Shown: positions 29,184-39,407, numbered from the stretch's first letter. The stretch: DNA of 64,000 nucleotides from Gemmatimonadota bacterium (GCA_031394255.1 JANMXA010000042.1:25505-89504), one strand, 5' to 3'. The notes: a model not told the origin generated them from the letters alone. Numbers and translations are program-made.

Positions 29184-30764
29184 ATGCCCGCTTTCGATCG
29201 CCAACCCTGGCTCGTTGTGAGCGCTGCGCTGTTGGTCGGCGCCGCCTCGTGTTCAGGCGCCGCCACCCCATCCGTGCCCCCGGTATCGGCCCCCAGGCCG
29301 ACCCTGCTCCTGTTCATCACCGTCGACCAGATGCGGCCGGACTACCTCGAACGGTTCAAGCCCCAGCTTCACGGCGGGCTGGCCCGTCTGGTGGCCGGCG
29401 GTGCCTATTTCGTGGATGGGCATCAGGATCACGCCATTACCGAAACGGCGCCCGGACACGCCAGCACCATGTCGGGCCGGTTTCCTCGAAGCACCGGGAT
29501 CACCCGAAACCTCGCCGGCGTCAACGACGCCAAGTCTCCGTTGATCGGCGCCGGGGACCTCGGGGCATCGCCCTTCCGGTTCCGCGGCACGACGGTCACC
29601 GACTGGCTGACGGCGGCGGATCCGGCCACCCGGGCGCTGTCAGTCTCGGCCAAGGACCGGGCTGCCATCCTTCCGATTGGACGGTCCAAACAACAGGTGT
29701 TCTGGTACGCCAACAACGGCCTGTTCACCACCAGTTCCTGGTATGCCGACACGCTTCCGACCTGGCTTCGGGCCTTCAACGCCCGCCGGTTGCCTCAGAA
29801 TTACGCGGGTAAGGCGTGGCTGCCCCTCCTCGACACCAACGCCTACAGCGAGCCCGACAGTGTCCCGGTCGAGAGTGATCGAAAGAACGTGGCCTTCCCC
29901 CATCCGTTCCCGGCGGACTCGGCGGCGGCTGCGGGCCAGGTCCGGTTCACGCCGATGATCGATGAACTCACCGCCGCCGTTGCTCTCCAGGGTGTGCGGG
30001 CGATGAACCTCGGGGGCGGCTCCACGACCGACGTGCTGGCCGTCTCCTTTTCGGCCACGGATTATGTCGGCCACTTCTTCGGACCGGAGTCCAGGGAACA
30101 ACATGACCAGATTCTCCGCCTCGACCGGGTCCTCGGCGCCTTTCTCGACACCCTGTTTACGCTGCGCGATTCAACCCGGATCATCATCGCGCTGACGGCG
30201 GATCACGGCGGCGGGTTCATTCCCGAGTTGCACGGAGGGTTGCGGATTGACATGGATCCTGCCGTTTCCGCCGCACGGGCCGTCGTGGCCCGGGCCGGAG
30301 GCGACACCCTGGCGATCGACTTCGAAAGCGGCGCCTTCTTCTTCGACCGGGCCAGGGCCGGGGCCGCGTCTGCTGATCAGGTCACAACGGCGTTCGTTCA
30401 GGCCGCGATGACCGTGCCGGGTGTACTCCGCGCCGATCGCTTTGCGGACCTCGGTCGCCAGGATACCACCAAAGACTACGTCGCCCGCCGCTGGCTCCAC
30501 ATGTTCCCGGACGACATGCTGCCGGTAGCGGTGGTCACGCTCAAGGAAGGCGACATCTACAACCTCCCGATCGTGGCCACCCACGGGTCGCCGCACAATT
30601 ATGACTCTCACGTTCCAATGCTGTTCTATGGGTCGCCCTTCAAACCCGGTCGTTATCCGGGCTTCGTTCGTACGGTCGATTTCGGACCGACCCTCGCCCG
30701 GGTCCTGGGAATTACACCGATGGAACGACTCGACGGACGCGTGTTGGGCGAGGCGATCAGGTAG
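29184..30764 (+). CDS. Alkaline phosphatase superfamily protein (nucleotide pyrophosphatase/phosphodiesterase type), lipoprotein
   Basis: Trimmed to ATG 29184 (MPAFDRQPWLVVSAALLVGAASCSG, with a lipobox-like Cys). Motifs TVDQMRPDY, TETAPGHAS (nucleophile Thr) and TADHGG. Confidence 0.8.
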   Translation: MPAFDRQPWLVVSAALLVGAASCSGAATPSVPPVSAPRPTLLLFITVDQMRPDYLERFKPQLHGGLARLVAGGAYFVDGHQDHAITETAPGHASTMSGRFPRSTGITRNLAGVNDAKSPLIGAGDLGASPFRFRGTTVTDWLTAADPATRALSVSAKDRAAILPIGRSKQQVFWYANNGLFTTSSWYADTLPTWLRAFNARRLPQNYAGKAWLPLLDTNAYSEPDSVPVESDRKNVAFPHPFPADSAAAAGQVRFTPMIDELTAAVALQGVRAMNLGGGSTTDVLAVSFSATDYVGHFFGPESREQHDQILRLDRVLGAFLDTLFTLRDSTRIIIALTADHGGGFIPELHGGLRIDMDPAVSAARAVVARAGGDTLAIDFESGAFFFDRARAGAASADQVTTAFVQAAMTVPGVLRADRFADLGRQDTTKDYVARRWLHMFPDDMLPVAVVTLKEGDIYNLPIVATHGSPHNYDSHVPMLFYGSPFKPGRYPGFVRTVDFGPTLARVLGITPMERLDGRVLGEAIR

Positions 30765-30801
30765 GACGGGGCCGGCGCCTTGCCTGCGCGGCGACCCCGG
30801 G

Positions 30802-31677
30802 TCAGCCCAAGAACCGGATCAATTCGCCTGCGGTCTCGGCAGGCGCCTCTTCGGCGATATAGTGCCCGCAGTCGAGGGCTCGACCGGTCACCGAATGAAC
30901 TCGCTCACTCCAATCTTCGATCGGGCGGAAGCACCGGTCGATGATGCCATGCCGCCCCCACAGTACCAGCAGAGGAGCCCGAATCCGGCGGGGGAGGTCG
31001 GCTTCATCGTGCTCGAGATCGATCGAAGCCGCCGCCCGGTAGTCCTCACACGTGGCGTGAATGGTCGCGGGATCCCGAAATGCAGCCCGATACTGCTCCA
31101 GTGCGTCGCGGTCAAACGCCTCGAGGCCCCCGTGCCGCATGCCCAGGTGGTAGTTGAGGAAGAACGTCGGATCCGCGGCAATCAGCCGCTCGGGCAACGG
31201 GGCCGGCTGGATCAGGAAGAACCAGTGATAATAGGCCTGGGCGAAGGTTCGATCCGTTCGCTGATACATCGTGCGGGTCGGAACGATGTCGAGAACCGCC
31301 CAGCGGTCGATCAGTGATTCGTGGTCGAGCACCAGCCGGTGGGCCACCCGCCCGCCCCGATCATGCCCCACGACGGAAAACCGCTCGAACCCGAGGGAGG
31401 TCATGACACGGACCTGATCGTCGGCCATGGCGCGCTTGGAGTAGGCGCTGTGGTCCGACGGGCCTTCGGGCTTGCTGCTCTTGCCGTAACCGCGGAGGTC
31501 GGTGGCCACGACGGTAAAACGACTGGCCAGACGAGCAGCCACGCGGTGCCACATCGCATGAGTCTGCGGATAGCCGTGCAGCAGCAGCAGTGGCGGTCCC
31601 GAGCCGCCCACCACCCCGGCGACGACGGTGTCACCGACCTCGAACCATCGCGGTTCGAATCCTGGGAATAGTGACAA
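30802..31677 (-). CDS. Alpha/beta hydrolase, haloacetate (fluoroacetate) dehalogenase / epoxide hydrolase-like
   Basis: The track ORF 30802-32232 has no ATG near the conserved N-terminus. The TTG at 31677 gives (M)SLFPGFEPRWFEV..GGSGPPLLLLHGYPQTHAMW. Other motifs are the nucleophile VGHDRGGRVAHR, YYHWFF and CEDYRAA. It begins 15 nt after the upstream gene's stop. Confidence 0.75.
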   Translation of the reverse strand: MSLFPGFEPRWFEVGDTVVAGVVGGSGPPLLLLHGYPQTHAMWHRVAARLASRFTVVATDLRGYGKSSKPEGPSDHSAYSKRAMADDQVRVMTSLGFERFSVVGHDRGGRVAHRLVLDHESLIDRWAVLDIVPTRTMYQRTDRTFAQAYYHWFFLIQPAPLPERLIAADPTFFLNYHLGMRHGGLEAFDRDALEQYRAAFRDPATIHATCEDYRAAASIDLEHDEADLPRRIRAPLLVLWGRHGIIDRCFRPIEDWSERVHSVTGRALDCGHYIAEEAPAETAGELIRFLG

Positions 31678-31691
31678 GGGGGTGGCCTCGC

Positions 31692-34016
31692 TCAGAGCCG
31701 GAAGAGGTAACTCAGTTTCCCGAAGAAACCGTCGTTCTCGCGGGCCAGTTGCCGAAACCGGAACGGATCCGCTTCGACCATAGTTGATCCGTAACCGAGA
31801 TAGAACAGCGTGCCTGGTGTCGGACGGTAGCTGAAGAGCCAATCCATTCGGAATTGATTTCGGCGGTCGCCCGTGTCGCGGACCCGGTCGGCGAGAATCG
31901 GCCGACCGTTGCGATCCACCGCCGCCGTTCGTTCGATCGCGCTGTACTGCCCGATGAACCGCACGAAGAGGGCCCGATTGACCTGGTACTCGACCTTGAG
32001 ACGCGGAATCGTTTCGTTGGAGTACCGGGACCCATCCCGCGCCCGATTGATGACGAGTCGAGTGAACTGCAACGCGCCCCGGAGGGATCCGGTCGGACGG
32101 AGATCGAGCGTCACGTCCAATCGCTCGTTTCGCCCCGGCGCAGCCTCCCGGAAAATGGGGGTCTTGCCGCCGCTGACGCTCGCGGTAGCGGTGAAGAAAC
32201 GGTAGGTCGGAGTCGTAACGCGGGCCGACCACCCGACCTGACCCGCCTCCCGCCCGGGCACGGTAAACGCAGCCGTATCGCCCGAAGCCCGAACAACGGT
32301 GTAACCGCTGTAGAATGTCGGATCATAGCTGAAGTAACTCCGGCTGACGCTGCCACCCAACTGCCAGCCGCCCCGCAGCGTCGCCGAGGGAAAGATCGAC
32401 TCGCTGCCTTCGATCGTGCCGTCGCCGGGAGCATCGTATGCCCAAAGCCTGGTGACCCCCATGAAGGCGCCGTAGGTCTGCACGAGAGCCCCGGGCTTGC
32501 CGTACCAGCTGACCCGATTGAAGGCGTCGCCCTGAATGATGCCGGTTCGGTTGACGAACCCGGCCGCAGCGGCAAAATCGGGCCCGATGGCCTTGAGGTC
32601 GTAGTGGAAACCCCAGCCCCGGCCCGTCCGGTCCCAGGCCGCCTGAAGCAACGGCCCCGCCACATTCGATGCCCCGGCCCGAGTCCACGACTGAACTGCC
32701 TGGAGCTCGATGTAGTACAGGCGATTGTGATACAGACGGAAATCCGCGCCGGCAAGACGGGAATGGTCCGCCCCCTCCTCGCGATCGGTGATCACGGCGC
32801 CGAGTGTCGATCGGGGGCCCAGGTCGGTCCGGAACCGCGTGGCGGAAAAAATTGGGGTCTGCCGGCCCCTCGCCGACTGGTCCTGCCCATCCGCGGCCAC
32901 AAGCGTTGCCACATTGAAGGGGCCAACCTTGCCCGCCAATTTGAGCCCGCCATCCGGATTGCCGATCCGCCTGGTGTAGATCAGCTGGTTCGGCGTGTCG
33001 AACAGTTCAAGGCCGTCGAGAAAGAACGGTCGTTTTTCCGGATAGAACAGCGCGAATCGCTCGTTCAGGGTAACCTGACCCACGTCCGCCTCGACCTGGG
33101 AGAAGTCCGGGTTCACCGTCCCGTTCATGGTCAGATTCTGGCTGATGCCCCACCGGACGTCGGCTCCGAAATCCTGGTGACCATCGTAGTGCCAGCCTCG
33201 GGGCGATTGCGGGGTTCCATCCAGCCGGGCAGTCGCCGTGGGGGTCATCTCAAGAACGATCCCCCTCTTGAGATCATGAAGGCCCTGGAGCGTGCCGGAT
33301 TGGCCGAGAAAGCTGGCGTTGGCGCGCACGGCGGGGGCCCAGGAATCCTGCATGCCGGAATGCTGCACCCGACGCAGAACGTTGATGCCCCATGTCTGGC
33401 TGTTCCCTTCCTGGTACCGAAGAGCCTTGAAGGGAATCCTGATTTCGATTTCGTACCCGCCGTCCACCAGGCGGCCTTTCGATTCGAACGCGAAATCCGG
33501 GTTCAGATCGACATTGCCATCCAGGTAGTTGATGGTGCCAAAACCACCCCCGGGACCGGATCGCCCGCCGGCACCACCACCGAAGTTGTCGCTCCGGGTG
33601 CCATCCTGCTGTACACCGAGGGCGTTGCTGCCGAACAGGAACGCGATCCGGCGATCATTATACGTATCGAGGAGGATCTGGATATGATCCTCGCTGTTGA
33701 TGTTGTCGCGATTGGCCTTCGTCGCACGGATGACGTCGCCGTGAAGTTCTCGCGCCCGGACGCCGAAATAGATGGCGTCCCCGGCGTACCAGACCAGGAC
33801 CTCGGTCGGATCCTGGGCCGCTTCGCCGTCCACCGGCTGGTACTGCGAGAAACCGGTGAGTCGGGCCGCTCGCCCCCAGACCGCCTCGTCAAGGCGCCCG
33901 TCGATCGTGGCGGCCGTATCGAAACGGGGCACGTGGACATCGAGGCGGCGGTCACGCCCGCTATAAGAGGCCGTGTCCTGCAAGAGGGACGCGGCGATGA
34001 GAAGGATGGAGACCAT
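31692..34016 (-). CDS. DUF5916 / carbohydrate-binding family 9-like outer-membrane protein
   Basis: 774 aa. The N-terminal CBM9-like segment (IDGRLDEAVW..A....F.Q..P) is followed by long alternating beta-strand sequence ending ...GKLSYLFRL, a beta-barrel-type terminus. Confidence 0.7.
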   Translation of the reverse strand: MVSILLIAASLLQDTASYSGRDRRLDVHVPRFDTAATIDGRLDEAVWGRAARLTGFSQYQPVDGEAAQDPTEVLVWYAGDAIYFGVRARELHGDVIRATKANRDNINSEDHIQILLDTYNDRRIAFLFGSNALGVQQDGTRSDNFGGGAGGRSGPGGGFGTINYLDGNVDLNPDFAFESKGRLVDGGYEIEIRIPFKALRYQEGNSQTWGINVLRRVQHSGMQDSWAPAVRANASFLGQSGTLQGLHDLKRGIVLEMTPTATARLDGTPQSPRGWHYDGHQDFGADVRWGISQNLTMNGTVNPDFSQVEADVGQVTLNERFALFYPEKRPFFLDGLELFDTPNQLIYTRRIGNPDGGLKLAGKVGPFNVATLVAADGQDQSARGRQTPIFSATRFRTDLGPRSTLGAVITDREEGADHSRLAGADFRLYHNRLYYIELQAVQSWTRAGASNVAGPLLQAAWDRTGRGWGFHYDLKAIGPDFAAAAGFVNRTGIIQGDAFNRVSWYGKPGALVQTYGAFMGVTRLWAYDAPGDGTIEGSESIFPSATLRGGWQLGGSVSRSYFSYDPTFYSGYTVVRASGDTAAFTVPGREAGQVGWSARVTTPTYRFFTATASVSGGKTPIFREAAPGRNERLDVTLDLRPTGSLRGALQFTRLVINRARDGSRYSNETIPRLKVEYQVNRALFVRFIGQYSAIERTAAVDRNGRPILADRVRDTGDRRNQFRMDWLFSYRPTPGTLFYLGYGSTMVEADPFRFRQLARENDGFFGKLSYLFRL

Positions 34017-34054
34017 CCCCCCAATCTAAAGTACCCCGGGATATATTGCCCTTC

Positions 34055-35215
34055 ATGTCTCGATCCCCGACTGCTCGCCGCACCCACTCCTTCACGGAGT
34101 CCGTGATCCGCGGCATGACCCGCCTGGCCAACGAACACAACGCGATCAATCTCGCCCAGGGCTTCCCCAATTTCCCGACGCCCGATCTCCTGAAAGAAGC
34201 CGCGGCCCGGGCCATTCGGGATGACGTCAACCAGTATGCCATTACCTGGGGCGCCAAACGCCTTCGGAACGCCATAGCCCGGAAGTACCTGGACTGGTAC
34301 GGGATGACGGTCAATCCGGAAACGGAAATCACCGTTACCTGCGGCGCCACCGAAGCCATGGCCGCCGTCCTCCTCGCGCTGATCAACCCCGGCGAGGAAG
34401 TCATCGTGTTCGAACCCTTCTATGAGAACTACGGGCCGGACGCCATTCTCTGCGAGGGCAAGCCGGTATTCGTCCCGCTGTTGCCGGGCGAGCCCCTGGA
34501 CCTGGACCGCCTGGCGCGGGCTTTCAACCGGAACACCCGCGCCATCATCGTGAACACGCCCGGCAACCCATCCGGACGAGTGTTTTCTCGCGCCGAACTG
34601 AGCGGCATTGCCGATTTGTGCCGGAAACACGATGTCTGGGCTGTCACCGACGAGATCTACGAACACATTTACTACGACGGCGAACACATCCCGATGGCCA
34701 CGTTGCCGGGCATGCGCGACCGGACGATCACCATCAGCGGCGCCTCCAAGACCTACAGCATCACGGGATGGCGAATTGGCACCGTCATTTCCCCGCCGGA
34801 AGTCACTGATGCCATCAGGAAGGTCCACGATTTCCTGACCGTGGGAGCCCCGGCCCCCCTGCAGGAGGGACTGGCCGTGGCCATGGAAGCGCTTGGCCGC
34901 GACTACTACGTGAACTTGGCCCACGAGTACCGGGCCCGGAGGGATTTGCTGGTAGGGGCGCTGCAGAAGGCCGGGTTTCGGTGTCGGGCGCCCGAGGGGG
35001 CGTACTACATCCTCGCCGATTTCACGGCGATCCGGAACCTGCCAGCCGATGAATTCGCCCGATGGCTCACCATCGAGGGTGGGGTCGCCACCGTTCCCGG
35101 AACGAGTTTCTTTGCCGATCCCGCCGCCGGACGGAACCTTACCCGCTTCGCCTTTTGTAAGACCGAAGACATGCTGCACGCCGCAGTCGAGCGACTCGAG
35201 CGCCTCGCGCGATAA
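34055..35215 (+). CDS. Class I/II PLP aminotransferase (YbdL / kynurenine-aminotransferase-like)
   Basis: Trimmed to ATG 34055 (MSRSPTARR...). Motifs NLAQGFPNF, NTPGNPSG and the PLP lysine motif SGASKTYSITGWRIG. Confidence 0.85.
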   Translation: MSRSPTARRTHSFTESVIRGMTRLANEHNAINLAQGFPNFPTPDLLKEAAARAIRDDVNQYAITWGAKRLRNAIARKYLDWYGMTVNPETEITVTCGATEAMAAVLLALINPGEEVIVFEPFYENYGPDAILCEGKPVFVPLLPGEPLDLDRLARAFNRNTRAIIVNTPGNPSGRVFSRAELSGIADLCRKHDVWAVTDEIYEHIYYDGEHIPMATLPGMRDRTITISGASKTYSITGWRIGTVISPPEVTDAIRKVHDFLTVGAPAPLQEGLAVAMEALGRDYYVNLAHEYRARRDLLVGALQKAGFRCRAPEGAYYILADFTAIRNLPADEFARWLTIEGGVATVPGTSFFADPAAGRNLTRFAFCKTEDMLHAAVERLERLAR

Positions 35216-35234
35216 GCCGACTCGCTCCGTCGAT

Positions 35235-36152
35235 CTACCCCTCCTGGATCGACGTGTCGCCCTCCCGGGCGCCGGTAGCCAGCAGGCTGGTCAGGATCTC
35301 TTCGTAGCGGTTGGTAAGCAGGGACACATGGCCTTCCTCGGGATAGTAGCGTGCCTCGGAGCGAGCGAAGGCCCGCGCGAGATACCGCCCGGCCGAGGGC
35401 GAAACGTTGGCGTCGCGCCCGCCAAACCACAGATTCATGACCATGGGGACCTGAGCCAGCGCAAAGCCCCACGGGCGGCTGGCGAGCTGGATATCGACCA
35501 CCGGTCCTTCCTCCCCCTGCCGGAACGCCTCCTTCATCGAAACGATGAACGCATCCAGGCAGCCAGGCTCCTCGAGAACCCGTCGGTCGGCCTCAGGCAG
35601 TAGCTTGACCCCTTCGAGCATGGTACCGATGGACATGGTAGTCATCTGTTGGCGCTGCCGCCGGACCATTCGCCGCAGGCCCCAGGTGAAGTAGCGGCCA
35701 AGCCAGAACAACGCCCGGCTCTCCCGGCTCATCCCCTGGCGAGCTGCTGGTACCTCCATCGGCGCGATCCCGGCTACCACTCCAACCGACCGGAGCCGGT
35801 GCGCGATGCGATAGCCGCAGGCCGCGGCGTAGGGCCCTCCACCGGAGACGCCGTACACCGAAAACCTGCTGAGACCAAGAACGTCCGCAAATTCAGCCAC
35901 ATCCGCTGGCCAGTCGAGCACCGTTCGGCGTGGCTGGGGACCGGAAAGGCCAATGCCAGGGCGGTCGATCGCAAGTACTCGGATCCCGAGACGTTCCGCC
36001 ACCTGATCGAGCCCCGGGATGGCCCCCTCGAGTCGGCTGCTGGGAGTCCCGTGGAAGTGCAGCACTGGCATGCCACCCGGGTCGCCCCACTCCGCGTATC
36101 CCAACGCCCTCCCGTCGCGGAGGGTTACGACATTGTCGGGTTGGACCGCCAT
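35235..36152 (-). CDS. Alpha/beta hydrolase
   Basis: 305 aa with the HG oxyanion motif (VLHFHGTPSS) and the nucleophile elbow YGVSGGG. Confidence 0.75.
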   Translation of the reverse strand: MAVQPDNVVTLRDGRALGYAEWGDPGGMPVLHFHGTPSSRLEGAIPGLDQVAERLGIRVLAIDRPGIGLSGPQPRRTVLDWPADVAEFADVLGLSRFSVYGVSGGGPYAAACGYRIAHRLRSVGVVAGIAPMEVPAARQGMSRESRALFWLGRYFTWGLRRMVRRQRQQMTTMSIGTMLEGVKLLPEADRRVLEEPGCLDAFIVSMKEAFRQGEEGPVVDIQLASRPWGFALAQVPMVMNLWFGGRDANVSPSAGRYLARAFARSEARYYPEEGHVSLLTNRYEEILTSLLATGAREGDTSIQEG

Positions 36153-36243
36153 GATGCTTCTCCTGGCCTGAGCCGCCGCCGGACGGGTGGACCCCCTGGC
36201 ATGTCCTGCTACTACATTCTGACACCCTATACGGAACTACGCC

Positions 36244-37452
36244 ATGCTTCAGCTTACCCGTACACTCGCCCGGGTCGCCTGCCTTCTGGTCCTCGCCTCT
36301 CAAACCGCGAATGGGCAGAAGCCCCGCGCGCGCGGCCTCGGAATTCCACTGGACGGCGTGCCAGGCCCGCTCAATGCGATTTCAGACGTGGCTGGGGTCG
36401 AAGTCGGGTTTACCACGCTGATCTCGGGAGACGGCAAGCTCGTCGTCGGCAAAGGACCGGTGCGGACGGGCGTCACCGCAATTCTTCCCCGGGGCAAGAC
36501 CAGTGACGCCCAGACCTATGCCGCCTGGTTCACCCTGAACGGGAACGGCGAGATGACCGGAACAACATGGGTTGAGGAATCGGGATTCCTCGGCGGCCCT
36601 GTGATGATCACGAACACCCACAGCGTCGGCGTGGTGCACGACGCCGTCATTGAATGGGTCGTCAAACGCGGGAAGGCGTTCTCCTGGTCGCTTCCGGTCG
36701 TGGCCGAAACCTGGGACGGCGGCTTGAACGATATCAACGGGTTCCACATCACCCGGGAGCACGCCCTCGCAGCTATCGACAACGCCAGGACGGGCCCGGT
36801 CGCCGAAGGAAACGTCGGGGGCGGCACCGGCATGGTCTGCAATCAGTTCAAAGGCGGAACCGGTACATCCTCGCGGCGAATCACGATCCTCGGCCAGGCC
36901 TACACGGTGGGTGTTCTGGTGCAATGCAACTACGGGGGACGGCCGCGCCTGTCGGTGGCTGGGGTGCCGGTCGGCCAGGAGATCCCCGACCTCCTCCCCT
37001 GCAACACCCGACTCTCCGATGGAACCCTGGCCGGTCGCAACGATTGCGAGTCGGGTCGCGGTCAGGACGGCGGCGATCAGGGATCAATCATTGTCGTCGT
37101 CGCCACCGACGCACCCCTATTGCCCCACCAACTGAAACGGGTCGTGAAGCGAGCCGCACTGGGAATCGGCCGAATGGGCGGCATCGGAGGGGATTCCTCC
37201 GGCGACATCTTCATTGCCTTTTCGACGGCGAACCCCGGAGCCGACGCCGCCGATCACATCGTCACGGTACAAGGGGTGCCCAACGACCAGATCAATCCAG
37301 TCTTCGAAGCAACGATCGACGCTACATCGGAAGCCATCCTGAACGCGATGCTCGCGGCCGAAACGATGACCGGAGCCGATGGAAGACGGGTCTACGCGCT
37401 ACCCCACGATCGGCTGCTCGCAGCCCTCAGGAAATACGGCCGGATGCGCTGA
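36244..37452 (+). CDS. P1/S58 family peptidase (DmpA-like L-aminopeptidase/D-esterase), secreted
   Basis: Signal peptide present. NAISDVAGVEVGFTT near the N-terminus and GGGTGMVCNQFKGGTGTSS are typical of the self-processing DmpA/BapA family. Confidence 0.8.
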   Translation: MLQLTRTLARVACLLVLASQTANGQKPRARGLGIPLDGVPGPLNAISDVAGVEVGFTTLISGDGKLVVGKGPVRTGVTAILPRGKTSDAQTYAAWFTLNGNGEMTGTTWVEESGFLGGPVMITNTHSVGVVHDAVIEWVVKRGKAFSWSLPVVAETWDGGLNDINGFHITREHALAAIDNARTGPVAEGNVGGGTGMVCNQFKGGTGTSSRRITILGQAYTVGVLVQCNYGGRPRLSVAGVPVGQEIPDLLPCNTRLSDGTLAGRNDCESGRGQDGGDQGSIIVVVATDAPLLPHQLKRVVKRAALGIGRMGGIGGDSSGDIFIAFSTANPGADAADHIVTVQGVPNDQINPVFEATIDATSEAILNAMLAAETMTGADGRRVYALPHDRLLAALRKYGRMR

Positions 37453-37455
37453 GGC

Positions 37456-38379
37456 CTAGTCGACCGTCCGGCCCAGCCCCGACGGCGCCCGCACGCGGCC
37501 GGCCACCCCGGTCAGAGCGGCCAGCGCGAGTAGGTACGGTAACATCAGGAAGAACTGGTACGGGACGTCCAGCGCCATCGCCTGGAAGACATACTGCACC
37601 GCCGTCGCAGCGCCAAACGCCAGGGCGGCGAGCACGATCCCGGCCGGATGCCAACGGCCCAGTACCACGATCGCGATCGCGATGAACCCGCGACCGGCGG
37701 TCATTCGCTCGGCAAAAGTTCCGACTTGGGCCAGGACCAGCGTCGCACCGCCAATCCCGGCCAATGCCCCGCCGACCACCACGGCCCCCGTCTGGATCAG
37801 CCGGACCCGGACCCCCTGAGCCCGGGCAGCCTCGGCCGCTTCCCCTGCCGCCCGGAGTTTAAGCCCGAGGGTCGTTCGGTAGAGGACCAGCCAGATCAAC
37901 ACCACCGCGAGGCCAGCGAGGTACGTCGGAACCGGTTGGACGAACAGAACCGGCCCAACGAACGGAATCGCTCCGAGTCCGGGAAGTGGCGACGGTTCAA
38001 GGGTCACAACGGAAAGCCCGGCGGCCCGCCCGCTGGTCGCCTGGCGATAGATCAGTCCCGTCACACCCACCGACGCCATCGTAAGGGCCGTGCCCGCAAT
38101 GATTTGATCCGTCCGCGCCCAGATGGCCACGACCGCGAACCCGAAGGCGACGATCGCACCGGCGGCGAAGCCGGCGGCCATCCCCATCCACGGGTTACCG
38201 GTCGCATAGGCCCCGATCGCGGCCCCCAGACAACCGGCCAGCATCGATCCTTCCACTGACAGATTGATGACACCGGCCCTCTCGGCCAGAACCTCGCCCG
38301 CGGCCGCCCACAGCAACGGCGTGCCGATCCGGACCGCCGCGGCCAGGAAACCGACCAGGGGCGCGACTCCCCCACTCAT
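37456..38379 (-). CDS. ABC transporter permease (BMP/nucleoside-type, YufQ/NupQ-like)
   Basis: 307-aa polytopic ORF and the last gene of the BMP-type ABC transporter set. Overlaps the upstream permease by 4 nt. Confidence 0.8.
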   Translation of the reverse strand: MSGGVAPLVGFLAAAVRIGTPLLWAAAGEVLAERAGVINLSVEGSMLAGCLGAAIGAYATGNPWMGMAAGFAAGAIVAFGFAVVAIWARTDQIIAGTALTMASVGVTGLIYRQATSGRAAGLSVVTLEPSPLPGLGAIPFVGPVLFVQPVPTYLAGLAVVLIWLVLYRTTLGLKLRAAGEAAEAARAQGVRVRLIQTGAVVVGGALAGIGGATLVLAQVGTFAERMTAGRGFIAIAIVVLGRWHPAGIVLAALAFGAATAVQYVFQAMALDVPYQFFLMLPYLLALAALTGVAGRVRAPSGLGRTVD

Positions 38380-39407
38380 GCGGCAGCCTCAGGCCGGGCC
38401 AGACGGGCCCGTGCGACCGCGAGTAGCGCCACGACGATGATCGTGGCCTGAACGACGCTTACCGCGACGGCCGGCACACCGGCATCCCGCTGCATCCCTG
38501 CTGCCCCTGCCTCGAGGGCGCCGAAGCCCAGACCGGCGAACAGAATGCCGACTGGATCAAGCCTGGCGATCAGCGCCACCGCGATCGCCGTAAAGCCGTA
38601 CCCCGGGGAAAGATTGAGGAAGAGGGCGTAGGTCACGCCAGTCACCTCCAGCGCACCCGCGAGCCCGGCAAAGGCCCCGGACCAGAGGAGAGCCTGAGTC
38701 GTCGTCCGGGCGACGTCCATCCGACCGGAAACTTCCGCGGCCCTCGGGGCTGCGCCGACCGCCTTCAACCGAAAGCCCCAGATGGTTCGAGAAAACACGA
38801 TGGCGACAAACCCGGCGAGCGCGACAGCCAACGGGAATCCCAGATGGAGTCTCGTTCCCGGGAAAAGAGGGAGCCGGGCGGCAATGGCGATAGGGTCGCT
38901 CTGCGGATAGATCCGCTTCGATTCCTGAAGCGGCCCCTGAACCATGAAGCTCACCAGCGCGTCGGCCACGAAATTCAGCAGCAAGGTGCTGATGACCTCC
39001 TGGACCCGGTACCGCCGCCGGAGAATGACCGGAACGACCACCCAGGTGGCGCCCCCGATCGCGCCCGCGAGCAAGACGGCCGGTACCGCAACCAGACCGG
39101 ACCAACGACCCACAAACAGGCCTACCGCAGTCGCCGCCATCGCCCCGGCGGAGAATTGCCCCTCGGCCCCAATGTTCAGTGCACCCGCTCGGAAGCTGAT
39201 GGCGATCCCCAAGCCGATGACGATGAGCGGCACTGCCCGAACGAGCGTGGCCGAGGTGAAAGCGTACCAGGAACCAAACGCCCCCCGACCGAGCGCAGCC
39301 AATGCCGCCGGTGCGTCGTACCCCAACGCCGAAAGGCCAAGAGCGAGGACCGTCAGACCCAGTACCGCCGCGACCAACGGAGCCCGAAAACGCGAGAGAA
39401 CACTCAC
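38376..39407 (-). CDS. ABC transporter permease (BMP/nucleoside-type, YufP/NupP-like)
   Basis: 343-aa polytopic ORF with the pattern NIGAEGQ typical of this permease family. 4-nt overlaps on both sides. Confidence 0.8.
   Translation of the reverse strand: MSVLSRFRAPLVAAVLGLTVLALGLSALGYDAPAALAALGRGAFGSWYAFTSATLVRAVPLIVIGLGIAISFRAGALNIGAEGQFSAGAMAATAVGLFVGRWSGLVAVPAVLLAGAIGGATWVVVPVILRRRYRVQEVISTLLLNFVADALVSFMVQGPLQESKRIYPQSDPIAIAARLPLFPGTRLHLGFPLAVALAGFVAIVFSRTIWGFRLKAVGAAPRAAEVSGRMDVARTTTQALLWSGAFAGLAGALEVTGVTYALFLNLSPGYGFTAIAVALIARLDPVGILFAGLGFGALEAGAAGMQRDAGVPAVAVSVVQATIIVVALLAVARARLARPEAAA

Noticed and set aside
31652-31662. A GGTTCGAATCC string resembling a tRNA T-arm/T-loop.
   Set aside because: The flanking bases do not form a T-stem, acceptor stem or anticodon arm. 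The string lies inside the dehalogenase coding region, where on the other strand it encodes the conserved FPGFEPRW.
31678-32232. The N-terminal 185-codon extension of track ORF 30802-32232.
   Set aside because: It overlaps the 3' end of the DUF5916 gene in another frame and is Arg/Pro-rich. The family-conserved N-terminus begins only at 31677. The extension exists simply because no stop occurs in this frame.
31854-35179. ORFs 31854-34106 (plus) and 33503-35179 (minus), of 750 and 558 aa.
   Set aside because: They are antisense to the DUF5916 outer-membrane gene and the class I aminotransferase respectively. The translations are Arg/Pro/Gly-rich with no motifs.
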